In this document: positions 38,420 through 51,519 of the stretch, piece by piece
Layout of the letters: every line of letters starts with the position of its first letter
Position numbering within the stretch: position 1 is the stretch's first letter
Assembly (NCBI RefSeq): GCF_006345805.1
Contig: NC_043001.1
Span: forward strand, 63,612,001 to 63,676,000
Direction: 5' to 3'
DNA: 64,000 nucleotides
Source: Octopus sinensis
Taxonomy: Eukaryota
Notes under the pieces: generated by a model
The model's input: the letters and a program-made list of their open reading frames with translations, nothing else
Databases searched by the model: none
Told to the model about the DNA's origin: nothing
Program-made: the position numbers and the translations under genes

Positions 38420-41400
38420 CTGTCATTATTCAGTTTCATTTCAAGATTTCCTGCCAATAGAGAAAGGGTCAGTTTCTAACCTAGATTCAAGGCTCCTTCA
38501 TTGGAATTTCAACATCAACAACAGGATATTTTCGATTGTACATATGAATATGTGTAGATTTGTATGTTTTGCTTTATCTATGTATTCTCATGCATATAGT
38601 TGCATATCTAGACATGCTCATATATATTTAAATGATAAACTACTGAAAAGTTATACAGATTTTTACAGTTCCAGTGATGGATTGGATCTGTAGTCTTCAA
38701 ATTAGCTTTCTCCTTTCTGAATTTGAGAAGCCTAATTTCTCAAGATTGATATTTAGGCAGTGTATTACATATAAACTAGAACTTGTAATCTGGACAGAGT
38801 AACGGCAGATTTATCAATAGTTCAGCGTAGGTATTCTCTTTTTCACTGATCTTCAGCTTTATGTTACCATCTGCTGAGCTGCTAATTTTCACAACAGTGT
38901 ACAGTTTCTCTTCGCTATCCCAAATCATTATACCAGGTATTGAGGTCTTCACTGATGTATTCTACCAGTACTCCTTTTCATCATGTGTGGCCATGGGTTC
39001 TACCATACTGTGGGTTCTTATTTCTTTGTCCTCGGGGTTATCCTTCCGACGGATTTCATTTTAGAGAGTCCTAGGTAGAACAGCATATCTCATCGATAGA
39101 TAATACCGTGATGACATTTCTGGACAACTGCTTATGATGTGGGTGATATCTTCGGTGTTAACTCCACAAAGAATGCATCGGTTGTCACATTTTACTGCTT
39201 TTCCTGCATCTCTATCCCTTTTGGGCATCAGGTACTTGGTTGATATTTCCTGTTCCTGGATTGCAAACGCATACTCTTCAAAGTGGGATGTAGTAATACG
39301 GTTATTGGTCCATGATAAACTGCTTTGATGATTAATGTTACTATCATCTCGGAGCTTTCTACTAACATATCCAGGTATAGTCTTCTGCTCATATAGGCTC
39401 ATCCTTTCATCTGGTGATACGTTGTAGTAGAGTCGTGCGACATTTTTGGGCATGTACTCTAGGTTATCAGACAAAGAATGTTGCTCAAAGAGTTGCCTTC
39501 CAAGTCTTATGATGTTATCAGCCTCTTGTATGCAAACTTGGTCAAGGGATGCACTTCGATACTTGGTGGTTAAAAGAGGTTGCCGAAGGGATATGATACG
39601 ACATTCAAAGGCATTTTGGATCGATGTTAAGCCTCAGCCGCCTTGTTTTCGTTTTATGTAGAGGCGGTCTACGTCACTGTTTATGTGGAAATTACGTGTG
39701 TTTGTTAGTATTTTTCGTGTTTTCACATCAATAGCTCGAATCTCATCAAGCGTCCAATCAAGTAGCCCAAATGTTGGTATGAGTACTGGCACTACAAACA
39801 CATTGTGAGCCACTGTTTTATTGAATGCAGAGAGTTTTGAGGTCCAAATTTTCTTTATTCGGCTGTAATATTCTGTAGTGACACGTGTTTTGTTACAAGT
39901 GCCATTATAAGATATGTTTCCATCCAACCCTAGATGCCTGTAACATTCCTCGTCAGATATAAGGGAAACAATCAAATCATTGATGGAGATGTTACTAGTC
40001 TGGCTTATAGTTTTACTCCTTTTCACAACCATATAACAACATTTTTCCTGACCAAACAAACTCCAACCCTACATCCTTTGAGAATTTTGTAACTAGGTCA
40101 AGGCTCTTTTTCATCTCATGCATATTCTTCCCATAAAGTTTCAAGTCATCCACAAAGAAACAGTGGATACCGCGATACCGCACGCTTAGGTTCATTCTTT
40201 CGATTTCGGGCACGGTAGGGCGGCGGAGCAACGGGCGACCGGCGCAGGCCTGGCGCAGACCTGGCGCAGGCCTGCCGCTACCTCGTGCTAGCCGCAGTTG
40301 TCATCTTTCGGGATTTTACGGGACGGACCACGTCGCCGTATCGACCGCGTATATCTCGTGAACGCCTTCCGGCACAGAGACGCTGTGCCCTTGGAATATA
40401 CCTTTGCGATACTGTATTCTATCAGTGATGTCACTCTTTGTGCTTAGTTTCAAGATGGTGGCCCGCAATAAAGTCAGGTCAGTTATGGCTTTGACTATGC
40501 TCACTGGAACTTCAGCAAATTCAATGGATTCTAGCATCCATAAGTAGGGAACAGAGTCAAAGGCTTTCTTGTAGTCTAGCCACACTGAAACTAAGTTCCT
40601 CCTATGCTCTCGCACCTCTGACATCACAGTTTTGTTGATTAACAGTTGCTTGGCACATCCCCAAACTCCCTTCTTCCCAGCTACTTGTTAGATGATGTTA
40701 TTGGTTTAAGGCAGCGAGCTGGCAGAAACGTTAGCACGCCGGACGAAATGCTTAACCGTATTTCGTCTGCCGCTACGTTCTAAGTTCAAATTCTGCCGAG
40801 GTCGACTTAGCCTTTTATCCTTTCGGGGTCGATTAAATAAGTACCAGTTATGCACTGGGGTCGATGTAATCGACTTAATTCCTTGTTTGTCCCCTCTATA
40901 TTTAGCCCCCTGTGGGCAATAAAGAAATAGATGTTATTGGTTTTACAATGAAGTAAGAGGTTTAAACATACTGTATATATCATATACATTAAGTTTTGGC
41001 ATGCAATTGACCGGTAGTTTTTTGCCATGTGGGTGGTTCTGCATTTGGGGATCAATTTTGTCTCTGCCAGAGCTAACCAGTGTGGTATGCTACTGCTCTC
41101 AATGTGAGCTTGCTGGTACATATTGATAAGATATGGTCGGTAGAAGGTTAGCTTCTTGTACCAATATCCGACAATCAAGTCTCTTCCAGGTGCTTTTACA
41201 TCCTGAAGTTTCTGGATCACAGTTGCAATAGTTTCACCGTCGATGTTGTATGTCTTGGGTGTAACGCAGGAGAAATAACTTCTTCGGATTTCTTCCAGCC
41301 ACAGAGCATCTAGGTTAAACTCCTTCTCTTCACTCCAGATTGTCTTCCAGTAGGAATCTATGAGTTCTCATGAAAGAGCTTCTGTGATGTTCACTGCTCC

Positions 41401-42745
41401 TCCTCTCATGTCTCTACATACGGCTGCCTGGTTCCGGTTAAAGTTTTTGTTTATTGTTCTTCTCTCAGTTATTCTCTTCTGATGTCGAAATTTTTCACCG
41501 ACAACTCCTGCTTGAGGGTAATCAGTTTGCAAGTGTGTTCTCTTTTTGCTGTCTCCAAACATCATTTCTATCACTTTTACTTTCTATTGGTGAGACGTAT
41601 AGTGATTTGCTTGTTTGCACGCAATGAGCATCATCACATGGCTGATGGTCTTCCGTAAACCAGTTATCTTTTTCTCTGTCTTCAAAACCCATGATTGTAC
41701 TTTCTTTGTATGTTTGGTTTTGTTTACTCTTTGAATGTCATTCATGTACTGCTTTGCAGTAGTAGCCAGAGTATATAGACAGGCGTTAATCTGCCAGAAT
41801 GTGGGTTCATCACACTGCTGTAAATATTCATCACTAATTTCGTTAACAGCTTTTAATACCGTATCTGGTGTTTTTTTTTACTTACTTTGGTAGAGAATAC
41901 TCTCTCCTCGAGAGAGTACTTCAAAGCCAAAGTTAATTTTTCTCGGAAAATTTCAGTAAGGGGACATTTCACTGATATATGATCCTGACTACCACTACTA
42001 TTACAATAATCGTTGCGGTTGTGCCTGCTATTTACCATAGTCGTAGTAGGTGAACAATGGTCAGTTACTTGAGCCAGTAATGTAACTTGGCTGGCAGGCA
42101 CTACGGAATCTGTTGGAATGTTGCTAGCCGCGAAACCTCATAGTGGTCTTACATCATTCACGTTCTCGTTTTTGTTTATGGGGCTGGGAAGAAGGTTAAG
42201 TTTTGATTTTTTAATAAAGTTACAATCACTAACCTTCTCCCTATGTTCTACAATTGTTGCTTGTTGGCGTAGTTGCTTCGCAGTAAAATGATTTAATTCT
42301 GGATGCAGTTCGTCCCAATATGATTTCAATTAATTCATATAGCCAACAGCAGGGTTTTGTTTCGCTTTTTCGTAGCAGTTAAAAAGCTAAGTATTCAATT
42401 CATAACTCCAAGAGAAATGAGTTTTTAATTAGGGTTTCTTCTATAACTAAGCTAGAAAGAATTTGTCAACCTGTTGTGCTGTTTATTTTTCGTTCTGTTC
42501 CTCGGCTGTGTTGTTGTTGATGTCGTGTCCAGCCATATTGCTTGTAGTAACTCTCTACATGCTAAATTCAAGTTTCAGTCGATAATCCTTGCAATCATGT
42601 ATAAAAGGCTCCCTCAGTTAGTTCATCTGAAGATTAACCAATTATTTAACAAGACTGATAGTTGTGGCTCCAAAGTTGGAGATAGTATTAATCGTATTTC
42701 CGATAAATATTTTCCCACGCCAAATACGCGACTTGTCGCTTCGAG
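38420..42745 (-). mobile_element. RLE LINE (R4-like), family D, near full length, decayed
   Basis: WDELHPE..LRQQA, KAPGRD, NYRSIACQN, WLDYKKAFDSVP, GIFQG, FVDDLKLY, AIQEQEI, CILC..HIISSCP and a C-terminus GTVKIC. The 3' UTR ends at a (CATA/CA) tract. Confidence 0.85.
40708..40929 (+). mobile_element. Full-length tRNA-derived SINE (type-I tail) with a 14-bp TSD, nested in LINE D
   Basis: A-box-like TGGCAGAAACGTTAG and B box GTTCAAATTC. The central block GCCTTTTATCCTTTCGGGGTCGATTAAATAAGTACCAG resembles, from memory, a Meta/MESC-type SINE domain. TSD GATGTTATTGGTTT at 40694-40707 and 40930-40943. Confidence 0.92.
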
Positions 42746-42833
42746 TTCGTGTGTATGTATTTATATATGTTTGTATGTATGTATGTATGTATGTATGTAT
42801 GTATGTATGTATGTATGTATGTATGTATGTATA

Positions 42834-42870
<37 letters not shown>

Positions 42871-42892
42871 GTGTGTGTGTATGTATGTATGT

Positions 42893-43361
42893 CTCTTTTA
42901 TATTTAATCAATTTAAGTTCTTTCTCTGAAGAAGGAGCTTGTTTCTAACAAAGATACAAAGCTCCAGCTTAGGAATGTAGATACCGAAAACAATGTCACA
43001 TTCTCAACCTGAGAAAACCCCTGCATAATTTTACTGTTCCACTTACAGATTTGTTTGTAATGTGCGAATCAGCTGGTTGATTTCTGATTTTTGAAAATTC
43101 AACCTGATCCAGACTGACATTTGAGCAGTTACTTACAGTACCAAGTACTCTAATTATTATTGGTGTAAATGTAAATTTATAATCTGAATATAAAAGCTGG
43201 AGGTTTCGAAGTAGTTGTCCATAGTTATCATCTTTCACTTTGAATTTCAATATCAGCAGGATGTGACGGTAACATACTCTGTGACGGTACATACTTTTGT
43301 CTGTCCCAAGCAACAATATCCAGCCTGTTATGCCTACACTTGAGAGATCCTTTGATGGGAA
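42893..43361 (-). mobile_element. Family-D-like RLE LINE 3' fragment inside (ATGT)n
   Basis: KDDNYGQLLRNLQLLYSDYKF..PIII..GTVKLCRGFL, with a UTR hairpin GGAGCT..AGCTCC. (ATGT)n lies on both sides. Confidence 0.75.
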
Positions 43362-43701
43362 TGTATGTATGTATGTATGTATGTATGTATGTATGTATGT
43401 ATGTATGTATGTATGTATGTATGTATGTATGTATGTATGTATATACCTAAAATGAAATTATTAACTATTATAGTTCGATGTCATTAACAATGATGTTTCA
43501 ATGTTTTAGACGACAATACTCAGAAAGCTAAAATTACAAATGAAAAATGGCGTGAAATTAGCGGTGAAGGTAAATACAAAGGTCGGTATTTCAAGAATTT
43601 ATAAATGTCTATAGAATATTTCTGTGAAGTCATTTAGCCTCTATTGGTTTGCCTCGTAGCATCAAAGGCTAATAATTGATTTTATATTCAACTTATTCCA
43701 G

Positions 43702-43759
43702 TGGTGAGACGAATTGCGAGAGGAGCTGTTGGAGAAATGATCAAGATGGATTGTCCAGG
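43702..43759 (+). CDS. FAM187A: Host-gene exon (58 nt, phase 1-2): VRRIARGAVGEMIKMDCPG, start of an Ig domain
   Basis: TTATTCCAG acceptor and GTATGT donor. Supplies the B-strand Cys and splices in frame to 50126. The symbol rests on remembered similarity only. Confidence 0.75.
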
Positions 43760-44133
43760 GTATGTACACCACTTAGAAGGACTCACATCTTTTCATTTCT
43801 ATTAAATACATGAAGAAAATAGCAATAATATTTATAAAATTAGATATTTTAGGGTATATTGAGGACAGAGTTTTCATGTAATGGACATGACCTTTCTATA
43901 TAGTATAGGGTAATTATTCATAAAATCTTGACACTGAGTTACACCGCATAATCCTCTACTTCGGGTGCAAAACTTTTATTTATCCAAACTTCAATATTTC
44001 GTATAATTTTGTTTTGCGGATCTGTAACACCATTCTACTTATGTGTGTGTATATATATATATATATGTATGTATGTATGTATGTATATACCTAAAATGAA
44101 ATTATTAACTATTATAGTTATATATATATATGC

Positions 44134-44175
<42 letters not shown>

Positions 44176-44356
44176 GAGCAGAGAGAGATTTGCTTGTTTA
44201 TTTTTACGAATTTGTCACAAATAGAGAGTCCCGTTCCTAGGAGAGAAACAAGACTCTTTCATATGAATTTAGACATCAATCAGGGTTAGTTTTGTATGTA
44301 TGTATGTATGTATGTATGTATGTATGTATGTATTTATGTATGCATGTATGTATGTA

Positions 44357-44828
44357 GGCCACGTTTGAGAAATCTCGAGTTGCACATGAGAAAGTAAGGA
44401 GGGATGTCAGGAATGGCATCGCTGTAACACTTCCAGAAGGGAAGGGTCTTCCTTTGATTCTGATATGCAATGTCTGTGCAAGACCCTGCCTCAGTAAAGC
44501 TGGACTCATGAGTCATCTTCGTAGTCATAAAACGAGACAGATGAGTGACAACCTGGCCACTGGTGGTGGCGTAACACACCATACTAATCATATCTGTCGG
44601 GTATGTGGAAGAGAATATAATTCAGCTGGAGGGCTTAAACGACATGCAAAGGTACATGAAGCCCAGTTACAACTACAGACGGCTATTACCAGTAAAGGTT
44701 TTAGTTGCCAATTTTGTACAAGACATTTTACATTTTTAGCTGGGCTAAAAAGTCACATTCGATCACAGCACCAGTAACAGTTAAGCTTCGTGCAATGGCC
44801 ATACTCGATAACGAGGGGGCAGCCATAA
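44357..44828 (+). mobile_element. RTE-like LINE 3' fragment encoding three C2H2 zinc fingers
   Basis: Open frame 44358-44777: ATFEKSRVAHEKVRRDVR..CNVCARPCLSKAGLMSHLRSH..CRVC..HAKVH..CQFC..HIRSQH. A 50-nt UTR with stem-loop CTCG-ATAA-CGAG follows, then a (TGTA)n tail. No splice sites or TGEKP linkers. Confidence 0.7.
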
Positions 44829-45099
44829 TGTATGTATGTATGTATGTATGTATGTATGTATGTATGTATGTATGTATGTATGTATGTATGTATGTATGTA
44901 TGTATGTATGCATGCATATATGTATGTATGTATCTATGTGTGTGTATGTATGTATGTATGTATGTATGTATGTATGTATGTATGTATGTATGTATGTATG
45001 CATGCATGCATGCATGTATGTTATGTATGTATGCATTTATGTACACAGATATGCATAAATATATATACATATTTTTGTTTACTCGCAGACGTGGATGCA

Positions 45100-45420
45100 A
45101 GTAAAGAAGTCATTGCATATGTGGATTTTATTACGCTAAACTTCTTGAATGTTTTACATATTTTGACACTACTTTTGATAGTTTGTAGCTATAGTCTTTC
45201 TGATTTTGTGAAACCCAGTTTCTCAAGCTAGGTACTGAGGCAGTTCGTTATGTAACCAACTACTCTAGTATTATCAGTAGAAATCTTGTTTTGGCCTGGA
45301 CGGAGACCAGTAGAATTCTCAGCAGTTCTGCGTAAATGTTCTTTTTTGCACAGATCTTCAGCATTATATTTATATCTGCAGATATCGAAAATAAATTTGC
45401 GGCAGTAAATGCTATTGACA
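45100..45420 (-). mobile_element. Old family-D-like LINE 3' remnant
   Basis: SADINIMLKICAKKNIYAELLR aligns with SADGNIKLKISEKENTYAELL at about 38820-38880. It lies next to (ATGT)n at 44828-45060. Confidence 0.55.
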
Positions 45421-47773
45421 ATATATGGAAATGAAAAATAACTTTACAAACCCTATACGAGATCATAAATAAACACATATCTGGAAAAAATGTCAAAGAT
45501 TTTCTTTGTGAATATCAACTGCATCTAAGATTTTAAAGGATAACCAAATATATTTGTGAATGTATTAGGCTTTCAGTATTATTCCTCACATTGAAAAGCA
45601 TTTGTCTACACGGATAACTTAGCAAATAAAACGATTAAATATGCCAATTACGCAAGTTGTCGCCTGTACTAAAGCCTTATCTATTTTTAAGAAGCTTAAA
45701 GACAAGAACGAAAACACGGCTATGAGGTAACATTTACTGCAAGCTCGTTGGTGGCAAAATGTAAAACTACAGCTGAAACTAACCGTTGATGTTAAATCAA
45801 TAAAATTTATTTTATTCAAAGAAATAAATCCAAGGGCACTTAAAGGTCTTGTATATACTTCAAGACATGTAGAAAATAAAAGAAAATGATTGAACATTCG
45901 TTTCACATTATTTTGAACTTGGATTTTTAAAAATATTGTTCATGTTATACATCGTGTAGAATGTAGATTAACACCAGCAATCTGTACATCATTACCATCT
46001 AAATGTTAGATTAATGTTTGTGCTATCAGATATACGTTACTTTGACGACTAATAGACCATAGTGCTTAGTATCATTTAAAGAATATTATCTTTGGCACAC
46101 ATTTGATCTATACATAAATGCTATTGATAAAGTGATGGGCGGTTACGATACTGAAAGGATTTCGGGAATCCTTCAAAAGAGCATGGAACAAATTACCGAA
46201 AAAAATATTGGAGAGTTTGAGAATAAACTCTGTCCTCTTTAATTTATCAACAATTTTAGAGGATTTGAAGAAACATTAGAGATTGTTCTAAATAAAACAG
46301 AACTGATCGTTGATGTCATTAATACCCAATTGTACATTAATATTTCTACGAATGACATAAAGTGTCTGTTTCAGTCACGAAGCCAATGTGACACAAATGA
46401 AGACTTCAAAGAAATGAAAAGACATATGGAAACTAAAGAAAATCTAACAATCGAAACTTTATTCTTTTATTCTTCTAAGGGCGCGAAAATCATTTAAGAT
46501 TTAAGAAATCTAAGGGCGCGAAAATCATTGAAAATTTTCGTGCCCTTCAGAATTTCGAACGAATTTGAAAAGGTGATTCAGACCTACATAAATTACAGAT
46601 TTGCTATCGTGAAATTTATAAGGAAAAAGCTGTCATGGAAGTTAGACAAATACAAGCTACATGAAGCCAAACGAAACGGTAAAACAATATTGAGAGGGGG
46701 AAAATGTTTGTGCCATTTGATTGTTTATTATTTATAAACGTGTATAGTATACGTAAAAAGTGACAAGGTATATTTCTTTCACATTTTAGTAATTCTTAAT
46801 TTCATTTCTAATTCAAGTTTTACTCCATAATTTTTTTCGTTTCATTTTGTCATTTTACTGTTATTCTTATTTTTTTCTACCTCCAGACTTGCTCGTGTTT
46901 CTTCTTGAGTTGTAGTTTTGTTGCAGTTTTTTATCACTTCTCTCCAGTTCACATTAATCAGGGATTTCTTCCAATAATAATCTTCGTTTTAGTTTTGAAT
47001 TCGAAGTCGATCAGTTTCTTTATTATTAATAACTTCATCGTCTGCTTCACTTGCAAATTACCTTTTCTGTATTTGAAAAATCGGCGCTTTTGCTTCCTTA
47101 CTCTTACGCTCTCATTCCTTCACTCTCTACTCATTCACTTCGTTATTTCTTCTCTCTATTTATCTATCAACGTACTCAGATATATGTATATACACACATA
47201 TAAACACACACATATACATATAGTTCCCTCTCTTATTTCTCCCAATCAGAAATTGCGGTGTCTTCTCTTCATTTTTCAACGTATCTCTTTTCTCTACTTT
47301 TCAATATCATGTACAAAATTCCTTCTCGCTTTCTATCGTTTACATTCTTTCTATCATTTGCTCACTCTCAATAATTCTGTTATTTTATCCCGTCGCCTCT
47401 TTATTTCCACTTCTCAAGTATACGAATATCCAGCTCTATCTTTCTTTTCTCCATTTCTCCTTTTTTTTTATAAAAAACACTTTATTACGTATTCTATCTT
47501 CTGCTCTCCTTCTCCCTTTAATCCTTCCCTACATTTCAGTGTCTATTCCAGGTAAGAAGGAAAAAACGGATATAGTAAGAAAGCCACCAAATAACTGCGT
47601 AGAGTGGCATACTAACACTTCCCAACTTCCAAGTCTTGCGGCAGACCACTTCAGAACGAGATCTCCGCGCAGAAACAGGGTTACTGCTTGCAACTATAAA
47701 TTGAAGGGAGTGGTGGTGGTCCTGATCACAGAGGAAAGTGATCGCAGAGTGTAAGCAACGAAAGGTAGACAAA

Positions 47774-47808
<35 letters not shown>

Positions 47809-48089
47809 CGTGTGATTTAAATAAGACGAAAAAAAAATTTAGCACATTTCTAATTACCAGTTACAATTGTTTCAGTACTTCGTTTTCAAAAATTTCATGT
47901 GAAAAGTTACGTAAGCTTTGGGATATTTTTCTTTTACATTATAGTAGCACTTCATCGGCCTTGCATTATAAAGTGCTCTCTTACATACACGGTGATTAAG
48001 CGCTGTATGTTGGGAGGAGACACTAAGTAAAACTAAGTATAATAAATGAAATAGAGGACAACACAACACCTTGATGACTGTAACGCTAA

Positions 48090-49169
<1,080 letters not shown>

Positions 49170-49594
49170 TTTCAATACAAAAGTGAGCTAAGAAAAATAA
49201 CTCAGACTGGCCAATGGCATGAATTTTCACAACAAAATAAATAATGGTATACTAAATACAAGATAAATTCTTAATTTGTTGAAACGTCTAGTGCTATTTA
49301 CAGTTGACTCAGAATGAAAAGGGGAAATAATCACTAGCACTAAGAATTCTCGGGATTTGAGATGCATTAATGAAAAAATCAATTTTATATTTCTAGATTC
49401 AAGAGGATAGCAGCACGTGCATGTTAAAGGCACACAGTTGTCAAATCTTGACTCCAATTTTATCTAAGACGTAAACATGTACAAAAACAAACAAAAAAAG
49501 ATGGGAGAATATTTATGGTTTAGGGTAATTTGCATAATCTATCTGTCTCACTATAACCTTTTCCTCATCACCTCCTCCAATGCCTCCTCCCCTC

Positions 49595-49985
49595 TTAAAA
49601 GTTTTTACCTTGCAAGTAGTTGGTGACCCTATCAGTGCAGGTACCACTTAAAAGCACCCAATTCACACTGTAAAGTGGTTGAAGTTCGGAAGGGCATCCA
49701 ATTGTAAAAACCTTGTCAAAACTGACATCGCCTGTGCTTGTGCCACGTTAAAAGCACTATTCACCTCGCCTGTACTTGTGCCACATACAAAGTCCACTCT
49801 GTTGAGTGGTTGGTGTTAGGAAGGGCATCCAGCTATAAAAATCTTGCCAAGACAGTCATAGAATTCTGGTGCAGGTTTCGGCCTGGCCGGTCTTTGAGGT
49901 ACCGTCCCACCCATGCTAGCATGGAACACGGACGTAAAATGATAGTGATGATGGTGATGATGATGATGATGATGGTGATGATGAC
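49595..49985 (+). mobile_element. RTE-related (Ceph-domain-like) SINE 3' portion with an internal duplication
   Basis: Two copies of GTGGTTG..GGAAGGGCATCCA..TAAAAA, then a terminus CCCATGCTAGCATGGAACACGGACGTAAAATGA and a (GAT)n tail. Confidence 0.6.
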
Positions 49986-50015
49986 GATATACATGCATAT
50001 GTGTGTGTATGTGTG

Positions 50016-50073
<58 letters not shown>

Positions 50074-50125
50074 CAACTACATTATCTCTCCTTATTGCTG
50101 TCACTTTTATATTTATCCTTTCTAG

Positions 50126-50322
50126 GACCAACCTAAACAGTTTGGTTTGGTGGAAGAATGGTACTAAAACCTTAAACTACATGGGATTCGCTAATTCAAC
50201 AGATACACGAGTACAGGTGAAACCAAATGGTAACTTGATTATAAACGCTATAGAACAAAGCGACCAGGGCATATATTCCTGCTGGCTTCATGGAAAGCTT
50301 AGAGCCGTCTATAAATTTATTG
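50126..50322 (+). CDS. FAM187A: Host-gene exon (197 nt, phase 2-1): rest of the Ig domain, TNLNSLVWWKNG..GNLIINAIEQSDQGIYSCWLHGKLRAVYKFI
   Basis: Polypyrimidine tract plus TCTAG acceptor and GTACGT donor. Contains the Ig C-strand Trp and D-x-G-x-Y-x-C. The CPG..V-x-W..GIYxCW-x-x-G pattern matches my recollection of FAM187A Ig2. Confidence 0.85.
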
Positions 50323-50590
50323 GTACGTCTTACCAGCTCTGGCCCCTATTTTCTCTTGCAATATTCCTTTGGGAATTTTTTTTTCTATAAATATCTTATA
50401 ATACTGAAATTTTGTCTGCTTTGGTTCTCATAATAACCTGTTTTTAAATATGGTGGTGTTGAAGTTGTGCTTTTACGACATCCAGATTTCAAATATTTTG
50501 TTTTATGGGGATTTACTCATTAAGAGACCAAATATCTGAGAGGACATATTGAAAGCTTGTAATAAAACTATACTTTATGTCTGTTTTCAG

Positions 50591-50617
50591 TGCGACCACC
50601 GATGGAACAGACAAGAG
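50591..50617 (+). CDS. Host-gene microexon (27 nt, phase 1-1): VRPPMEQTR
   Basis: CTGTTTTCAG acceptor and G|GTAAGT consensus donor, in frame with the previous exon. Confidence 0.7.
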
Positions 50618-50923
50618 GTAAGTCATTTTCAAAAGAGACGCATTATCTTCGATAGTGCGAATGTAAGAACTGGATCTGTACTTCATGGGAAGAATTACTC
50701 GTTTTATTGACTGTTATATATGTCAGCCATGTTTTGCCGGATTTCTCTTTATTATATCTGCAGTACATTATAATCTGGCGAGTGACGACGTCGGTAACTG
50801 AGTGTCAATAGACAACAAGACGATGTAGTTAGCGAATGAGAGTTATTAAATAAATAACAAGAGTAATAGATAATGAGAGAGGGGGAGATGGAAAGAAAGA
50901 GAGAAGGAAAGATAGATAGATAC

Positions 50924-50961
<38 letters not shown>

Positions 50962-51076
50962 TGTGTGTGATTATGACGTCTGTTTCCATTTTATGGTATT
51001 TATTATGTTTGTCTTTCACCACTTTGTGCTACACTAGGAATGTAACTTAGGAAATGAATATACATGTATAGATACT

Positions 51077-51431
51077 TACCAACCAGATGGTCCCGCGTTC
51101 AGTCTCACTGCGTGACACTTTGGGCAAGTGTCTTCTACAATAGTTTCGGGACGACCAAAGCCTTGTGAGTGGATTTGGTAGACGGAAACTAAAAGAAGAC
51201 CGTCGTATATATGTATGTGTTGTGTATGTTTGTGTGTCTGTGTTTGTCCCCCAACATCGCTTGACAACCGATGCTGGTGTGTTTACGTCCCCGTCACTTA
51301 GCGGTTCGGCAAAAGAGACCGATAGAATAAGTACTAGGCTTACAAAGAATAAGTTCTGGGGTCGATTTCTTCGACTAAAGGCGGTGCTCCAGCATGGCCG
51401 CAGTCAAATGACTGAAACAAGTAAAAGAGTA
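51077..51431 (+). mobile_element. CORE-type tRNA SINE (octopus OR-like), 5'-clipped
   Basis: B-box-like GTTCAGTCTC, CORE-like ACTTTGGGCAAGTGTCTT, an internal (TG/TA) tract and a tail GACTGAAACAAGTAAAAGAG. Confidence 0.65.
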
Positions 51432-51480
51432 GAGAGTATGCAAATACATCTATCTATCTATTTATCTGTCTGCCTCTCTC

Positions 51481-51519
<39 letters not shown>

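Noticed and set aside
40710-40800. tRNA gene
   Set aside because: The A/B boxes belong to a SINE head. There is no cloverleaf, and it is followed by a SINE body, tail and TSD.
44454-44777. Host C2H2 zinc-finger gene
   Set aside because: No start codon or splice acceptor and no TGEKP linkers. It is truncated at a microsatellite and ends in an RTE-like UTR and tail, so it is treated as a LINE fragment.
45600-46400. Mariner/Tc1 transposase C-terminal remnants (LKGLVY, FKRAWNKLP)
   Set aside because: Too short and degraded, and no TIRs were found.
46905-47555. 216-aa hydrophobic ORF as the transmembrane exon
   Set aside because: T/C-rich low-complexity intron sequence lying between the two halves of the Ig domain.
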